64,000 nt of DNA. Origin: Eledone cirrhosa (taxonomy: Eukaryota). The stretch spans positions 34,348,001-34,412,000 of the forward strand of contig OZ024750.1 in assembly GCA_964016885.1 (NCBI GenBank), in the 5' to 3' direction. The notes beneath the pieces were generated by a model, which did not search any database, was not told where the DNA came from, and saw only the letters and a program-made list of their open reading frames with translations. Below, one piece after another: positions 38,673 through 51,900 of the stretch (the first letter of the stretch is position 1; every line of letters starts with the position of its first letter). The position numbers were made by a program, and so were the translations under genes.

Positions 38673-39134
38673 AAATGAATTGTTTTCAAATCCTTGGTAT
38701 GAGGGAGAAAATTTAACGATGGTCACTCGCTAGAGTTCTGTCCTCCATATGAAGATTAAACAGCCAAAACACGCCGACTGCTATTGTCTTCAGTTAGAGT
38801 CATAAAACTATCAAGACTCTATCTCTCAATAGCTGTAAAAGACGCTGGACGGGTCTAATTTCAACATCAAATCTGTAGAATTACAGTCGGCCACAGTTAA
38901 TGTAAGTGAGTACACACCGACGCGAGGTCAAAGAAAAAATATATATATATACCAACATAGTATTTACCGAAAGTTAGTTTAATATATATAGTTACAGAAG
39001 AGTGTTGTTTATCTTAGTTGTTATGTTGTAACTTCCTGATAATAAGCAGGTCTGAGCAATCCAAAGCACTACACGTCAGTAGTTTATCCAAGGTGGGTGA
39101 TAAGGAGTGTTGAAATATTCATTTATCAAATAAT

Positions 39135-39231
39135 TGTTTCTACTTTAGGCACAGGGCCAGCAGTTATCCAGTGCATTACTGGTACTTTATTTTATCGACC
39201 CCGTAAGGATGAAAGGCAAAGTCAACCTCGG
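39135..39231 (-). mobile_element. SINE family 2 fragment, truncated where the adjacent fold-back element begins
   Basis: TTTAGGCACA..CTGGTACTTTATTTTATCGACCCCGTAAGGATGAAAGGCAAAGTCAACCTCGG. Confidence 0.75.
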
Positions 39232-39418
39232 CAAATAATGGTAGTTAAGACGGGGTTAAATCACCATAATTGTTTATTACATTATATATATTTCTGTTAC
39301 ATGGTTATTCATGTGACTTCATCAGATGCTTACGCAATCATTGTGATATGCCAGTGGCCATGCACGTCCATCCAATAAACAATTATAATGATTTAATCCC
39401 ATCTTAATTACCATTATT

Positions 39419-39420
<2 letters not shown>
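39232..39420. mobile_element. Fold-back Penelope-like pLTR element; 47-bp arms at 39232-39278 and 39374-39420
   Basis: CAAATAATGGTAGTTAAGACGGGGTTAAATCACCATAATTGTTTATT ... AATAAACAATTATAATGATTTAATCCCATCTTAATTACCATTATTTG, then (AT)n. Confidence 0.7.
39279..39329 (-). ncRNA. Minimal type-I hammerhead ribozyme
   Basis: Minus strand: GCAT-CTGATGA-AGTCACATG..CATGTAACA-GAAA-TATATA-TA^ATGT-AATAAA. Confidence 0.65.
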
Positions 39421-39465
<45 letters not shown>

Positions 39466-39765
39466 TATGATATATATATATATATATATATATATGATAT
39501 ATATATAATCTATATATATATAGAGATTAGAGCAAACCTCACAAGCGCTCTATCTCAAAATTATTTTTGAAAAGCATTAGAAATGCGCAACCTGTAAAAA
39601 CTTAAAACTAAAACTGAATACTAACCAATACTTATTACTAATTTATACTTATTCCTAATTAAACTATTTTTCACTGGAAAAAATTTGTCAGCATTTTCTT
39701 TTCCTTTTTGCTAATATATCACAACTCGTGTGTCACACCTCTATTTTTTTTTAAAAAATATATAT

Positions 39766-40029
39766 GTGATGTGTTGTTTCCTTGAGCAAGACACTTTATT
39801 TCACATTGCTCCAGTTTACTCAGCTGTAGAAATGAGATGATAGGGACTGGGGTCCCTATCATTCCACTGCAAAGTGGTCGTGCAGGTGCCACGGCAAAAA
39901 AGCACCCAGCACTCACTGTAAATGAGGTTGGTGTTAGGAAGGGCATCCAGCTGTAGAAATCAAGCCAGAATCAGTTCCCGTCCCACCCTTGCAAGCAGGG
40001 AAAAAGCGGACGTAAAATGAAATGATGAT
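39766..40029 (+). mobile_element. SINE family 1 lacking the tRNA head
   Basis: Aligns to 33521-33787. Confidence 0.88.
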
Positions 40030-40033
40030 ATAC

Positions 40034-40127
40034 ATAAGGAAAAAAGATAAAATCGAAAATGCAACTGGAGTCTTTTTTTTTTAAAAAGACTCCAATTGCA
40101 TTTTCGATTTCATCTTTTTTTCTTTAT
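40034..40127. repeat. Near-perfect ~45-bp-arm palindrome
   Basis: AAAAAAGATAAAATCGAAAATGCAACTGGAGTCTTTTT / AAAAAGACTCCAATTGCATTTTCGATTTCATCTTTTTT. Confidence 0.8.
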
Positions 40128-40282
40128 ACTTTCACTCGTGTAGGACACCTCGTTATTTTTCATTTTGTAAAAAAACCTCACTTTCTAATATATATATATA
40201 GATATATATATATATTTAGCAGAGATTAAATGTTTAAGCAAAAAGTTTGATTCCATTCTAAAGTCGTATCTTCCACAGGGTT

Positions 40283-40560
40283 ATCATCATCATCATCATC
40301 ATCACCGTTTTACATCCGTTCTTCCACGCTAGCATGGGTTAGACGGGTTGTCCTATTGTGGGCAGTGTCTGGTCGGCTGACCATGCCTTGCTCATACAGG
40401 AACTGATTTGGCTTGATTTCTACAGCTGGATGCCCTTCCCAACACCAACCTCATTTACAGTGAGTGCTGGGTGCTTTTTCGTGGCGCCTACACGTCCACT
40501 TTACAGTGTGGGCTGGGTGCTTTTTTGCTGTTGCACCTCCACGACCACCTTGCAGTGGGA
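40283..40560 (-). mobile_element. RTE-tail or SINE variant 3' fragment
   Basis: (CAT)n tail, GCATGGGTTAGACGG, CTACAGCTGGATGCCCTTCC, duplicated TTTACAGTG module. Confidence 0.75.
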
Positions 40561-41329
40561 GGGTGTGGGGGCATATTGTCTATATGCTTCAGCTTGTACC
40601 CATGGGCGGTCGGGTACTCTGTATTACTGCATGACGCCAGTATATCTACTTATATATACAACTCTTATCGAGTCCTCTTTGGATTTTGGTTTTAATATTT
40701 ATTGTTACTACTACTACTATTACTATATATATATATATGTAGTAGTAGTAGTAGTATTCTATGGACATACTTTGATATATTGCTCTGATTATTTAATTTA
40801 TTAATTCTTCATTGAGCCACATCGTAAACGGTTGCTACATATATATCTGACTTTGTTTAGTTTGTGTCCATGTAAATCTTTATATATATATATATATATA
40901 GAGAGAGAGATGTAAATAGAATAAAGAAACGGAATTATAATAATAGAATATTGTATGTTATATAAATATTGTAAGTTTCACTGCAACATGGCTGCTTTGA
41001 ATTCTTTGAAGTAGAGATTAATTTTGAAGTAAATGTTAAAAATGTTATATTAATACTTTAAGTACACTTGAACATTACTAGTTCACTATCATATCAATAT
41101 TGTCACTATACTTGAACATTACTGCTTCAATACTATATCAATACTGTATCTCTATTTTAACATTACTACTTTGATATTATATCAATACTGTAACTATATT
41201 AGTTTATTACTGCTTCAAGTACTCTGAAGTACTGTTTATTTTTTATTTAAATGCTAAAAAACCTGTAAATATGTAAATGCATGATATAGAAACCAGTTGA
41301 AGAAACATCAATTCTACTGACATATTTTG

Positions 41330-44300
41330 TTGTTATTGCATGTCTGCATAGACTTATATGTAGCAGATACTACATGTGTGTGTTATTGCATGTGTACATA
41401 GACTTATATGTAGCAGATACTACGTGTTATTGCATGTCTGCATAGACTTATATGTAGCAGATACTACATGTTATTGCATGTGTACATAGACTTATATGTA
41501 GCAGATACTACATGTGTTATTGCATGTGTACATAGACTTATATGTAGCAGATACTATGTGTTATTGCATGTCTGCATAGACTTATATGTAGCAGATACTA
41601 CATGTGTTATTGCATGTCTGCATAGACTTATATATAGCAGATACTACATGTGTGTTATTGCATGAGTACATAGACTTATATGTAGCAGATACTACGTGTG
41701 TGTTATTGCATGAGTACATAGACTTATATGTAGCAGATACTACATGTGTTATTGCATGTGTACATAGACTTATATGTAGCAGATACTACATGTGTTATTG
41801 CATGTCTGCATAGACTTATATGTAGCAGATACTACATGTGTTATTGCATGTCTGCATAGACTTATATGTAGCAGATACTACATGTGTTATTGCATGTCTG
41901 CATAGACTTATATGTAGCAGATACTACGTGTGTGTTATTGCATGAGTACATAGACTTATATGTAGCAGATACTACATGTGTTATTGCATGTGTACATAGA
42001 CTTATATGTAGCAGATACTACATGTGTTATTGCATGTCTGCATAGACTTATATGTAGCAGATACTACATGTGTTATTGCATGTCTGCATAGACTTATATG
42101 TAGCAGATACTACGTGTGTGTTATTGCATGAGTACATAGACTTATATGTAGCAGATACTACATGTGTTATTGCATGTTTGCATAGACTTATATGTAGCAG
42201 ATACTACATGTTATTGCATGTCTGCATAGACTTATATGTAGCAGATACTACATGTTATTGCATGTCTGCATAGACTTATATGTAGCAGATACTACATGTG
42301 TGTGTTATTGCATGTGTACATAGACTTATATGTAGCAGATACTACATGTTATTGCATGTCTGCATAGACTTATATGTAGCAGATACTACATGTTATTGCA
42401 TGTCTGCATAGACTTATATGTAGCAGATACTACATGTGTGCGTTATTGCATGAGTACATAGACTTATATGTAGCAGATACTACATGTTATTGCATGTCTG
42501 CATAGACTTATATGTAGCAGATACTACGTGTTATTGCATGTCTGCATAGACTTATATGTAGCAGATACTACATGTTATTGCATGTTTGCATAGACTTATA
42601 TGTAGCAGATACTACATGTTATTGCATGTCTGCATAGACTTATATGTAGCAGATACTACATGTGTGTGTTATTGCATGTGTACATAGACTTATATGTAGC
42701 AGATACTACATGTTATTGCATGTCTGCATAGACTTATATGTAGCAGATACTACATGTTATTGCATGTCTGCATAGACTTATATGTAGCAGATACTACATG
42801 TGTGTGTTATTGCATGAGTACATAGACTTATATGTAGCAGATACTACATGTGTTATTGCATGTCTGCATAGACTTATATGTAGCAGATACTACATGTGTG
42901 TGTTATTGCATGAGTACATAGACTTATATGTAGCAGATACTACATGTGTTATTGCATGTCTGCATAGACTTATATGTAGCAGATACTACATGTTATTGCA
43001 TGTCTGCATAGACTTATATGTAGCAGATACTACATGTTATTGCATGTCTGCATAGACTTATATGTAGCAGATACTACATGTGTGTGTTATTGCATGAGTA
43101 CATAGACTTATATGTAGCAGATACTACATGTGTTATTGCATGTCTGCATAGACTTATATGTAGCAGATACTACGTGTGTTATTGCATGTCTGCATAGACT
43201 TATATGTAGCAGATACTACATGTTATTGCATGTCTGCATAGACTTATATGTAGCAGATACTACATGTTATTGCATGTCTGCATAGACTTATATGTAGCAG
43301 ATACTACATGTGTTATTGCATGTCTGCATAGACTTATATGTAGCAGATACTACGTGTGTTATTGCATGTGTACATAGACTTATATGTAGCAGATACTACA
43401 TGTGTTATTGCATGTCTGCATAGACTTATATGTAGCAGCTACTACGTGTGTTATTGCATGAGTACATAGACTTATATGTAGCAGATACTACGTGTTATTG
43501 CATGTCTGCATAGACTTATATGTAGCAGATACTACATGTGTGTGTTATTGCATGTGTACATAGACTTATATGTAGCAGATACTACATGTTATTGCATGTC
43601 TGCATAGACTTATATGTAGCAGATACTACATGTTATTGCATGTGTACATAGACTTATATGTAGCAGATACTACCTGTGTGTTATTGCATGTGTACATAGA
43701 CTTATATGTAGCAGATACTATGTGTTATTGCATGTGTACATAGACTTATATGTAGCAGATACTACGTTTGTGTTATTGCATGTGTACATAGACTTATATG
43801 TAGCAGATACTACATGTGTGTTATTGCATGTGTACATAGACTTATATGTAGCAGATACTACGTTTGTGTTATTGCATGTGTACATAGACTTATATGTAGC
43901 AGATACTACATGTGTGTTATTGCATGTGTACATAGACTTATATGTAGCAGATACTACGTTTGTGTTATTGCATGTGTACATAGACTTATATGTAGCAGAT
44001 ACTACCTGTGTGTTATTGCATGTGTACATAGACTTATATGTAGCAGATACTACGTTTGTGTTATTGCATGTGTACATAGACTTATATGTAGCAGATACTA
44101 TGTGTTATTGCATGTGTACATAGACTTATATGTAGCAGATACTACGTTTGTGTTATTGCATGTGTACATAGACTTATATGTAGCAGATACTACATGTGTG
44201 TTATTGCATGTGTACATAGACTTATATGTAGCAGATACTACGTTTGTGTTATTGCATGTGTACATAGACTTATATGTAGCAGATACTACCTGTGTGTTAT

Positions 44301-45675
44301 TGCATGTGTACATAGACTTATATGTAGCAGATACTACGTTTGTGTTATTGCATGTGTACATAGACTTATATGTAGCAGATACTACGTTTGTGTTATTGCA
44401 TGTGTACATAGACTTATATGTAGCAGATACTACGTTTGTGTTATTGCATGTGTACATAGACTTATATGTAGCAGATACTACATGTGTGTTATTGCATGTG
44501 TACATAGACTTATATGTAGCAGATACTACGTTTGTGTTATTGCATGTGTACATAGACTTATATGTAGCAGATGCTATGTTATTGCATGTGTACATAGACT
44601 TATATGTAGCAGATACTACGTGTTATTGCATGAGTACATAGACTTATATGTAGCAGATGCTATGTTATTGCATGTGTACATAGAGTTATATGTAGCAGAT
44701 ACTACGTGTGTGTTATTGCATGTGTACATAGACTTATATGTAGCAGATACTACGTGTGTGTTATTGCATGTGTACATAGACTTATATGTAGCAGATACTA
44801 CGTGTGTGTTATTGCATGAGTACATAGACTTATATGTAGCAGATACTACGTTTGTGTTATTGCATGTGTACATAGACTTATACGCAGCAGATACATGTGT
44901 TATTGCATGTGTACATAGACTTATATGTAGCAGATGCTATGTGTTATTGCATGTGTACATAGACTTATATGTAGCAGATACTACGTGTTATTGCATGAGT
45001 ACATAGACTTATATGTAGCAGATGCTATGTTATTGCATGAGTACATAGACTTATATGTAGCAGATACTACGTGTTATTGCATGTGTACATAGACTTATAT
45101 GTAGCAGATGCTATGTTATTGCATGTGTACATAGAGTTATATGTAGCAGATACTACGTGTGTGTTATTGCATGTGTACATAGACTTATATGTAGCAGATA
45201 CTACGTTTGTGTTATTGCATGTGTACATAGACTTATATGTAGCAGATACTACATGTGTGTTATTGCATCTGTACAAAGACTTATACGCAGCAGATACATG
45301 TGTTATTGCATGTGTACAGACTTATATGCAGAAGATATTACATGTGCGTTATTGCATGTGTACATAGACCTACATGTCGCAGATAGTACATGTGTTATTG
45401 CATGTGTACAAAGACTTACATGTAGCAGATACTACATGTGTGTGTTATTGCATGTGTACATAGACTATATGTAGCAGATACTATGTCTGTGTTATTGAAT
45501 GTGTACAAAGACTTACATGTAGCAGATACTATGTGTGTGTTATTGCATGTGTACAAAGACTTACATGTAGCAGATACTACGTGTGTGTTATTGCATGTGT
45601 ACAAAGACTTATATGCAGCAGATACGACATGTGTGTGTTATTGCATGTGTAGATAGACTTATACGCAGCAGATAC
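41330..45675. repeat. Satellite, ~38-44-bp unit TTATTGCATGTGTACATAGACTTATATGTAGCAGATACTACA(TG)n
   Basis: About 100 tandem copies; length varies through TG copy number; degenerates at the right edge. Confidence 0.97.
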
Positions 45676-45974
45676 AATATATATTTGTTTAGCAAATATA
45701 TATTGTATTATATTCAACAGATAAGACAAATAAATGTATCGTTGTAGTTGCCCTTCACAAAAATTGTGAAATGCATAAATAATTCTCCATTAATATTGAA
45801 AGGTTTATTGTAGAAAGTGTAAGTTGTGAATTGTGACAGCTGATGAAGTTGGCTTTTACCAGACAAAGCTGTTAGATTCCTCCCTGGTTCAATAATCTGG
45901 AAATATTAACAGACACAGAGACAGTCCTCCTCCTGTTTTTATAAAGTATGTTACAGCTTATAGGGTCAACGTCA

Positions 45975-48900
45975 TCATTAGCACCATCACCACAGTACAT
46001 ACTATTGTAGCTGTCATCACCATCACAGTACATACCATTGTAGCTATCATCACCATCACAGTACATACTATTGTAGCTACCATCACCATCACAGTACATA
46101 CTATTGTAGCTGTCATCACCATCACAGTACATACTATTGTAGCTATCATCACCATCACAGTACATACTATTGTAGCTGTCATCACCATCACAGTACATAC
46201 TATTGTAGCTATCATCACCATCACAGTACATACCATTGTAGCTGTCATCACCATCACAGTAATACCATTGTAGCTGTCATCACCATCACAGTACATACTA
46301 TTGTAGCTGTCATCACCATCACAGTACATACTATTGTAGCTGTCATCACCATCACAGTACATACTATTGTAGCTACCATCACCATCACAGTACATACTAT
46401 TGTAGCTGTCATCATCATCAGAGTACATACTATTGTAGCTGTCATCACCATCACAGTACATACTATTGTAGCTGTCATCACCATCGCAGTACATACTATT
46501 GTAGCTGTCATCACCATCACAGTACATACCATTGTAGCTACCATCACCATCACAGTACATACTATTGTAGCTGTCATCACCATCACAGTACATACTATTG
46601 TAGCTACCATCACCATCACAGTACATACTATTGTAGCTGTCATCATCATCAGAGTACATACTATTGTAGCTGTCATCACCATCACAGTACATACTATTGT
46701 AGCTGTCATCACCATCGCAGTACATACTATTGTAGCTGTCATCACCATCACAGTACATACTATTGTAGCTGTCATCACCATCACAGTACATACTATTGTA
46801 GCCATCATCACCATCACAGTACATACTATTGTAGCCATCATCACCATCACAGTACATACTATTGTAGCCATCATCACCATCACAGTACATACCATTGTAG
46901 CTGTCATCACCATCACAGTACATACCATTGTAGCTACCATCACCATCACAGTACATACTATTGTAGCCATCATCACCATCACAGTACATACTATTGTAGC
47001 TGTCATCACCATCACAGTACATACCATTGTAGCTACCATCACCATCACAGTACATACTATTGTAGCCATCATCACCATCACAGTACATACTATTGTAGCC
47101 ATCATCACCATCACAGTACATACCATTGTAGCCATCATCACCATCACAGTACATACCATTGTAGCTATCATCACCATCACAGTACATACTATTGTAGCTG
47201 TCATCACCATCACAGTACATACCATTGTAGCCATCATCACCATCACAGTACATACTATTGTAGCCATCATCACCATCACAGTACATACTATTGTAGCCAT
47301 CATCACCATCACAGTACATACAATTGTAGCCATCATCACCATCACAGTACATACCATTGTAGCCATCATCACCATCACAGTACATACTATTGTAGCCATC
47401 ATCACCATCACAGTACATACAATTGTAGCCATCATCACCATCACAGTACATACTATTGTAGCTATCATCACCATCACAGTACATACTATTGTAGCCATCA
47501 TCACCATCACAGTACATACCATTGTAGCCATCATCACCATCACAGTACATACCATTGTAGCCATCATCACCATCACAGTACATACCATTGTAGCCATCAT
47601 CACCATCACAGTACATACTATTGTAGCCATCATCACCATCACAGTACATACCATTGTAGCCATCATCACCATCACAGTATATACTATTGTAGCTATCATC
47701 ACCATCACAGTACATACTATTGTAGCCATCATCACCATCACAGTACATACCATTGTAGTCATCATCACCATCACAGTACATACCATTGTAGCCATCATCA
47801 CCATCACAGTACATACCATTGAAGCCATCATCACCATCACAGTACATACTATTGTAGCTATCATCACCATCACAGTACATACTATTGTAGCCATCATCAC
47901 CATCACAGTACATACCATTGTAGCCATCATCACCATCACAGTACATACCATTGTAGCCATCATCACCATCACAGTACATACTATTGTAGCCATCATCACC
48001 ATCACAGTACATACTATTGTAGCTGTCATCACCATCACAGTACATACTATTGTAGCCATCACATCACAGTACATACTATTGTAGCCATCATCACCATCAC
48101 AGTACATACTATTGTAGCTGTCATCACCATCACAGTACATACTATTGTAGCTATCATCACCATCACAGTACATACTATTGTAGCCATCATCACCATCACA
48201 GTACATACCATTGTAGCCATCATCACCATCACAGTACATACCATTGTAGCCATCGTCACCATCACAGTACATACTATTATAGCTATCATCACCATCACAG
48301 TACATACTATTGTAGCCATCATCACCATCACAGTACATACCATTGTAGCCATCATCACCATCACAGTACATACCATTGTAGCCATCATCATCATCACAGT
48401 ACATATTATTGTAGCTATCATCACCATCACAGTACATACTATTGTAGCTGTCATCACCATCACAGTACATACTATTGTAGCTATCATCACCATCACAGTA
48501 CATACCATTGTAGCCATCATCACCATCACAGTACATACTATTGTAGCCATCATCACCATCACAGTACATACCATTGAAGCCATCATCACCATCACAGTAC
48601 ATACTATTGTAGCTATCATCACCATCACAGTACATACTATTGTAGCCATCATCACCATCACAGTACATACCATTGTAGCCATCATCACCATCACAGTACA
48701 TACCATTGTAGCCATCATCACCATCACAGTACATACTATTGTAGCCATCATCACCATCACAGTACATACTATTGTAGCTGTCATCACCATCACAGTACAT
48801 ACTATTGTAGCCATCACATCACAGTACATACTATTGTAGCCATCATCACCATCACAGTACATACTATTGTAGCTGTCATCACCATCACAGTACATACTAT

Positions 48901-51900
48901 TGTAGCTATCATCACCATCACAGTACATACTATTGTAGCCATCATCACCATCACAGTACATACCATTGTAGCCATCATCACCATCACAGTACATACCATT
49001 GTAGCCATCGTCACCATCACAGTACATACTATTGTAGCTATCATCACCATCACAGTACATACTATTGTAGCCATCATCACCATCACAGTACATACCATTG
49101 TAGCCATCATCATCATCACAGTACATATTATTGTAGCTATCATCACCATCACAGTACATACTATTGTAGCTTTCATCACCATCACAGTACATACTATTGT
49201 AGCTATCATCACCATCACAGTACATACCATTGTAGCCATCATCACCATCACAGTACATACTATTGTAGCCATCATCACCATCACAGTACATACTATTGTA
49301 GCTGTCATCACCATCACAGTACATACTATTGTAGCTGTCATCACCATCTTAGTACATACTATTGTAGCTACCATCACCATCACAGTACATACTATTGTAG
49401 CCATCATCACCATCACAGTACATACTATTGTAGCCATCATAATCATCACAGTACATACTGTTGTAGCCATCATCACCATCACAGTACATACTATTGTAGC
49501 CATCATCACCATCACAGTACATACTATTGTAGCCATCATCACCATCACAGTACATACTATTGTAGCCATCATAATCATCACAGTACATACTGTTGTAGCC
49601 ATCATCACCATCACAGTACATATTATTGTAGCCATCATCACCATCACAGTACATACTATTGTAGCCATCATTACCATCACAGTACATACTATTGTAGCTG
49701 TCATCACCATCACAGTACATACCTTTGTAGCCATCATCACCATCACAGTACATACTATTGTAGCCATCATCACCATCACAGTACATACTATTGTAGCCAT
49801 CATCACCATCACAGTACATACTGTTGTAGCCATCATCACCATCACAGTACATATTATTGTAGCCATCATCACCATCACAGTACATACTATTGTAGCCATT
49901 ATCACCATCACAGTACATACTATTGTAGCTATCATCACCATCACAGTACATACTATTGTAGCTATCATCACCATCACAGTACATACCATTGTAGCCATCA
50001 TCACCATCACAGTACATACTATTATAGCTGTCATCACCATCACAGTACATACTATTGTAGCCATCATCACCATCACAGTACATACTATTGTAGCGATCAT
50101 CACCATCACAGTACATACTATTGTAGCTATCATCACCATCACAGTACATACCATTGTAGCTGTCATCACCATCACAGTACATACTATTGTAGCCATCATC
50201 ACCATCACAGTACATACTATTGTAGCCATCATCACCATCACAGTACATACTATTGTAGCTGTCATCACCATCACAGTACATACTATTGTAGCCATCATCA
50301 CCATCACAGTACATACCATTGTAGCTGTCATCACCATCACAGTACATACTATTGTAGCCATCATCACCATCACAGTACATACTATTGTAGCTATCATCAC
50401 CATCACAGTACATACCATTGTAGCTGTCATCACCATCACAGTACATACTATTGTAGCCATCATCACCATCACAGTACATACTATTGTAGCCATCATCACC
50501 TTCACAGTACATACCATTGTAGCTGTCATCACCATCACAGTACATACTATTGTAGCCATCATCACCATCACAGTACATATTATTGTAGCTATCATCACCA
50601 TCACAATACATACTATTGTAGCTATCATCACCATCACAGTACATACTATTGTAGCTATCATCACCATCACAGTACATACTATTGTAGTAATCATCACCAT
50701 CACAGTACATACTATTGTAGCCATCATCACCATCACAGTACATACTATTGTAGCCATCATCACCATCACAGTACATACTATTGTAGCCATCATCACCATC
50801 ACAGTACATACTATTGTAGCCATCATCACCATCACAGTACGTACTATTGTAGCTATCATCACCATCACAGTACATACTATTGTAGCTATCATCACCATCA
50901 CAGTACATACTATTGTAGCCATCATCACCATCACAGTACATACTATTGTAGCTATCATCACCATCACAGTACATACTATTGTAGTAATCATCACCATCAC
51001 AGTACATACTATTGTAGCTATCATCACCATCACAGTACATACTATTGTAGTAATCATCACCATCACAGTACATACTATTGTAGCCATCATCACCATCACA
51101 GTACATACTATTGTAGCCATCATCACCATCACAGTACGTACTATTGTAGCTATCATCACCATCACAGTACATACTATTGTAGTAATCATCACCATCACAG
51201 TACATACTATTGTAGCTATCATCACCATCACAGTACATACTATTGTAGTAATCATCACCATCACAGTACATACTATTGTAGCCATCATCACCATCACAGT
51301 ACATACTATTGTAGCCATCATCACCATCACAGTACGTACTATTGTAGCTATCATCACCATCACAGTACATACTATTGTAGCTATCATCACCATCACAGTA
51401 CATACTATTGTAGTAATCATCACCATCACAGTACATACTATTGTAGCTATCATCACCATCACAGTACATACTATTGTAGCTATCATCACCATCACAGTAC
51501 ATACTATTGTAGTAATCATCACCATCACAGTACATACTATTGTAGCCATCATCACCATCACAGTACATACTATTGTAGTAATCATCACCATCACAGTACA
51601 TACTATTGTAGTAATCATCACCATCACAGTACATACTATTGTAGCTATCATCACCATCACAGTACATACTATTGTAGCTATCATCACCATCACAGTACAT
51701 ACTATTGTAGTAATCATCACCATCACAGTACATACTATTGTAGTAATCATCACCATCACAGTACATACTATTGTAGCTATCATCACCATCACAGTACATA
51801 CTATTGTAGTAATCATCACCATCACAGTACATACTATTGTAGTAATCATCACCATCACAGTACATACTATTGTAGCCATCATCACCATCACAGTACATAC

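Noticed and set aside
45836-45875. CTGATGA followed by a weak hairpin
   Set aside because: GAAA and a UH site with stem I' are missing.
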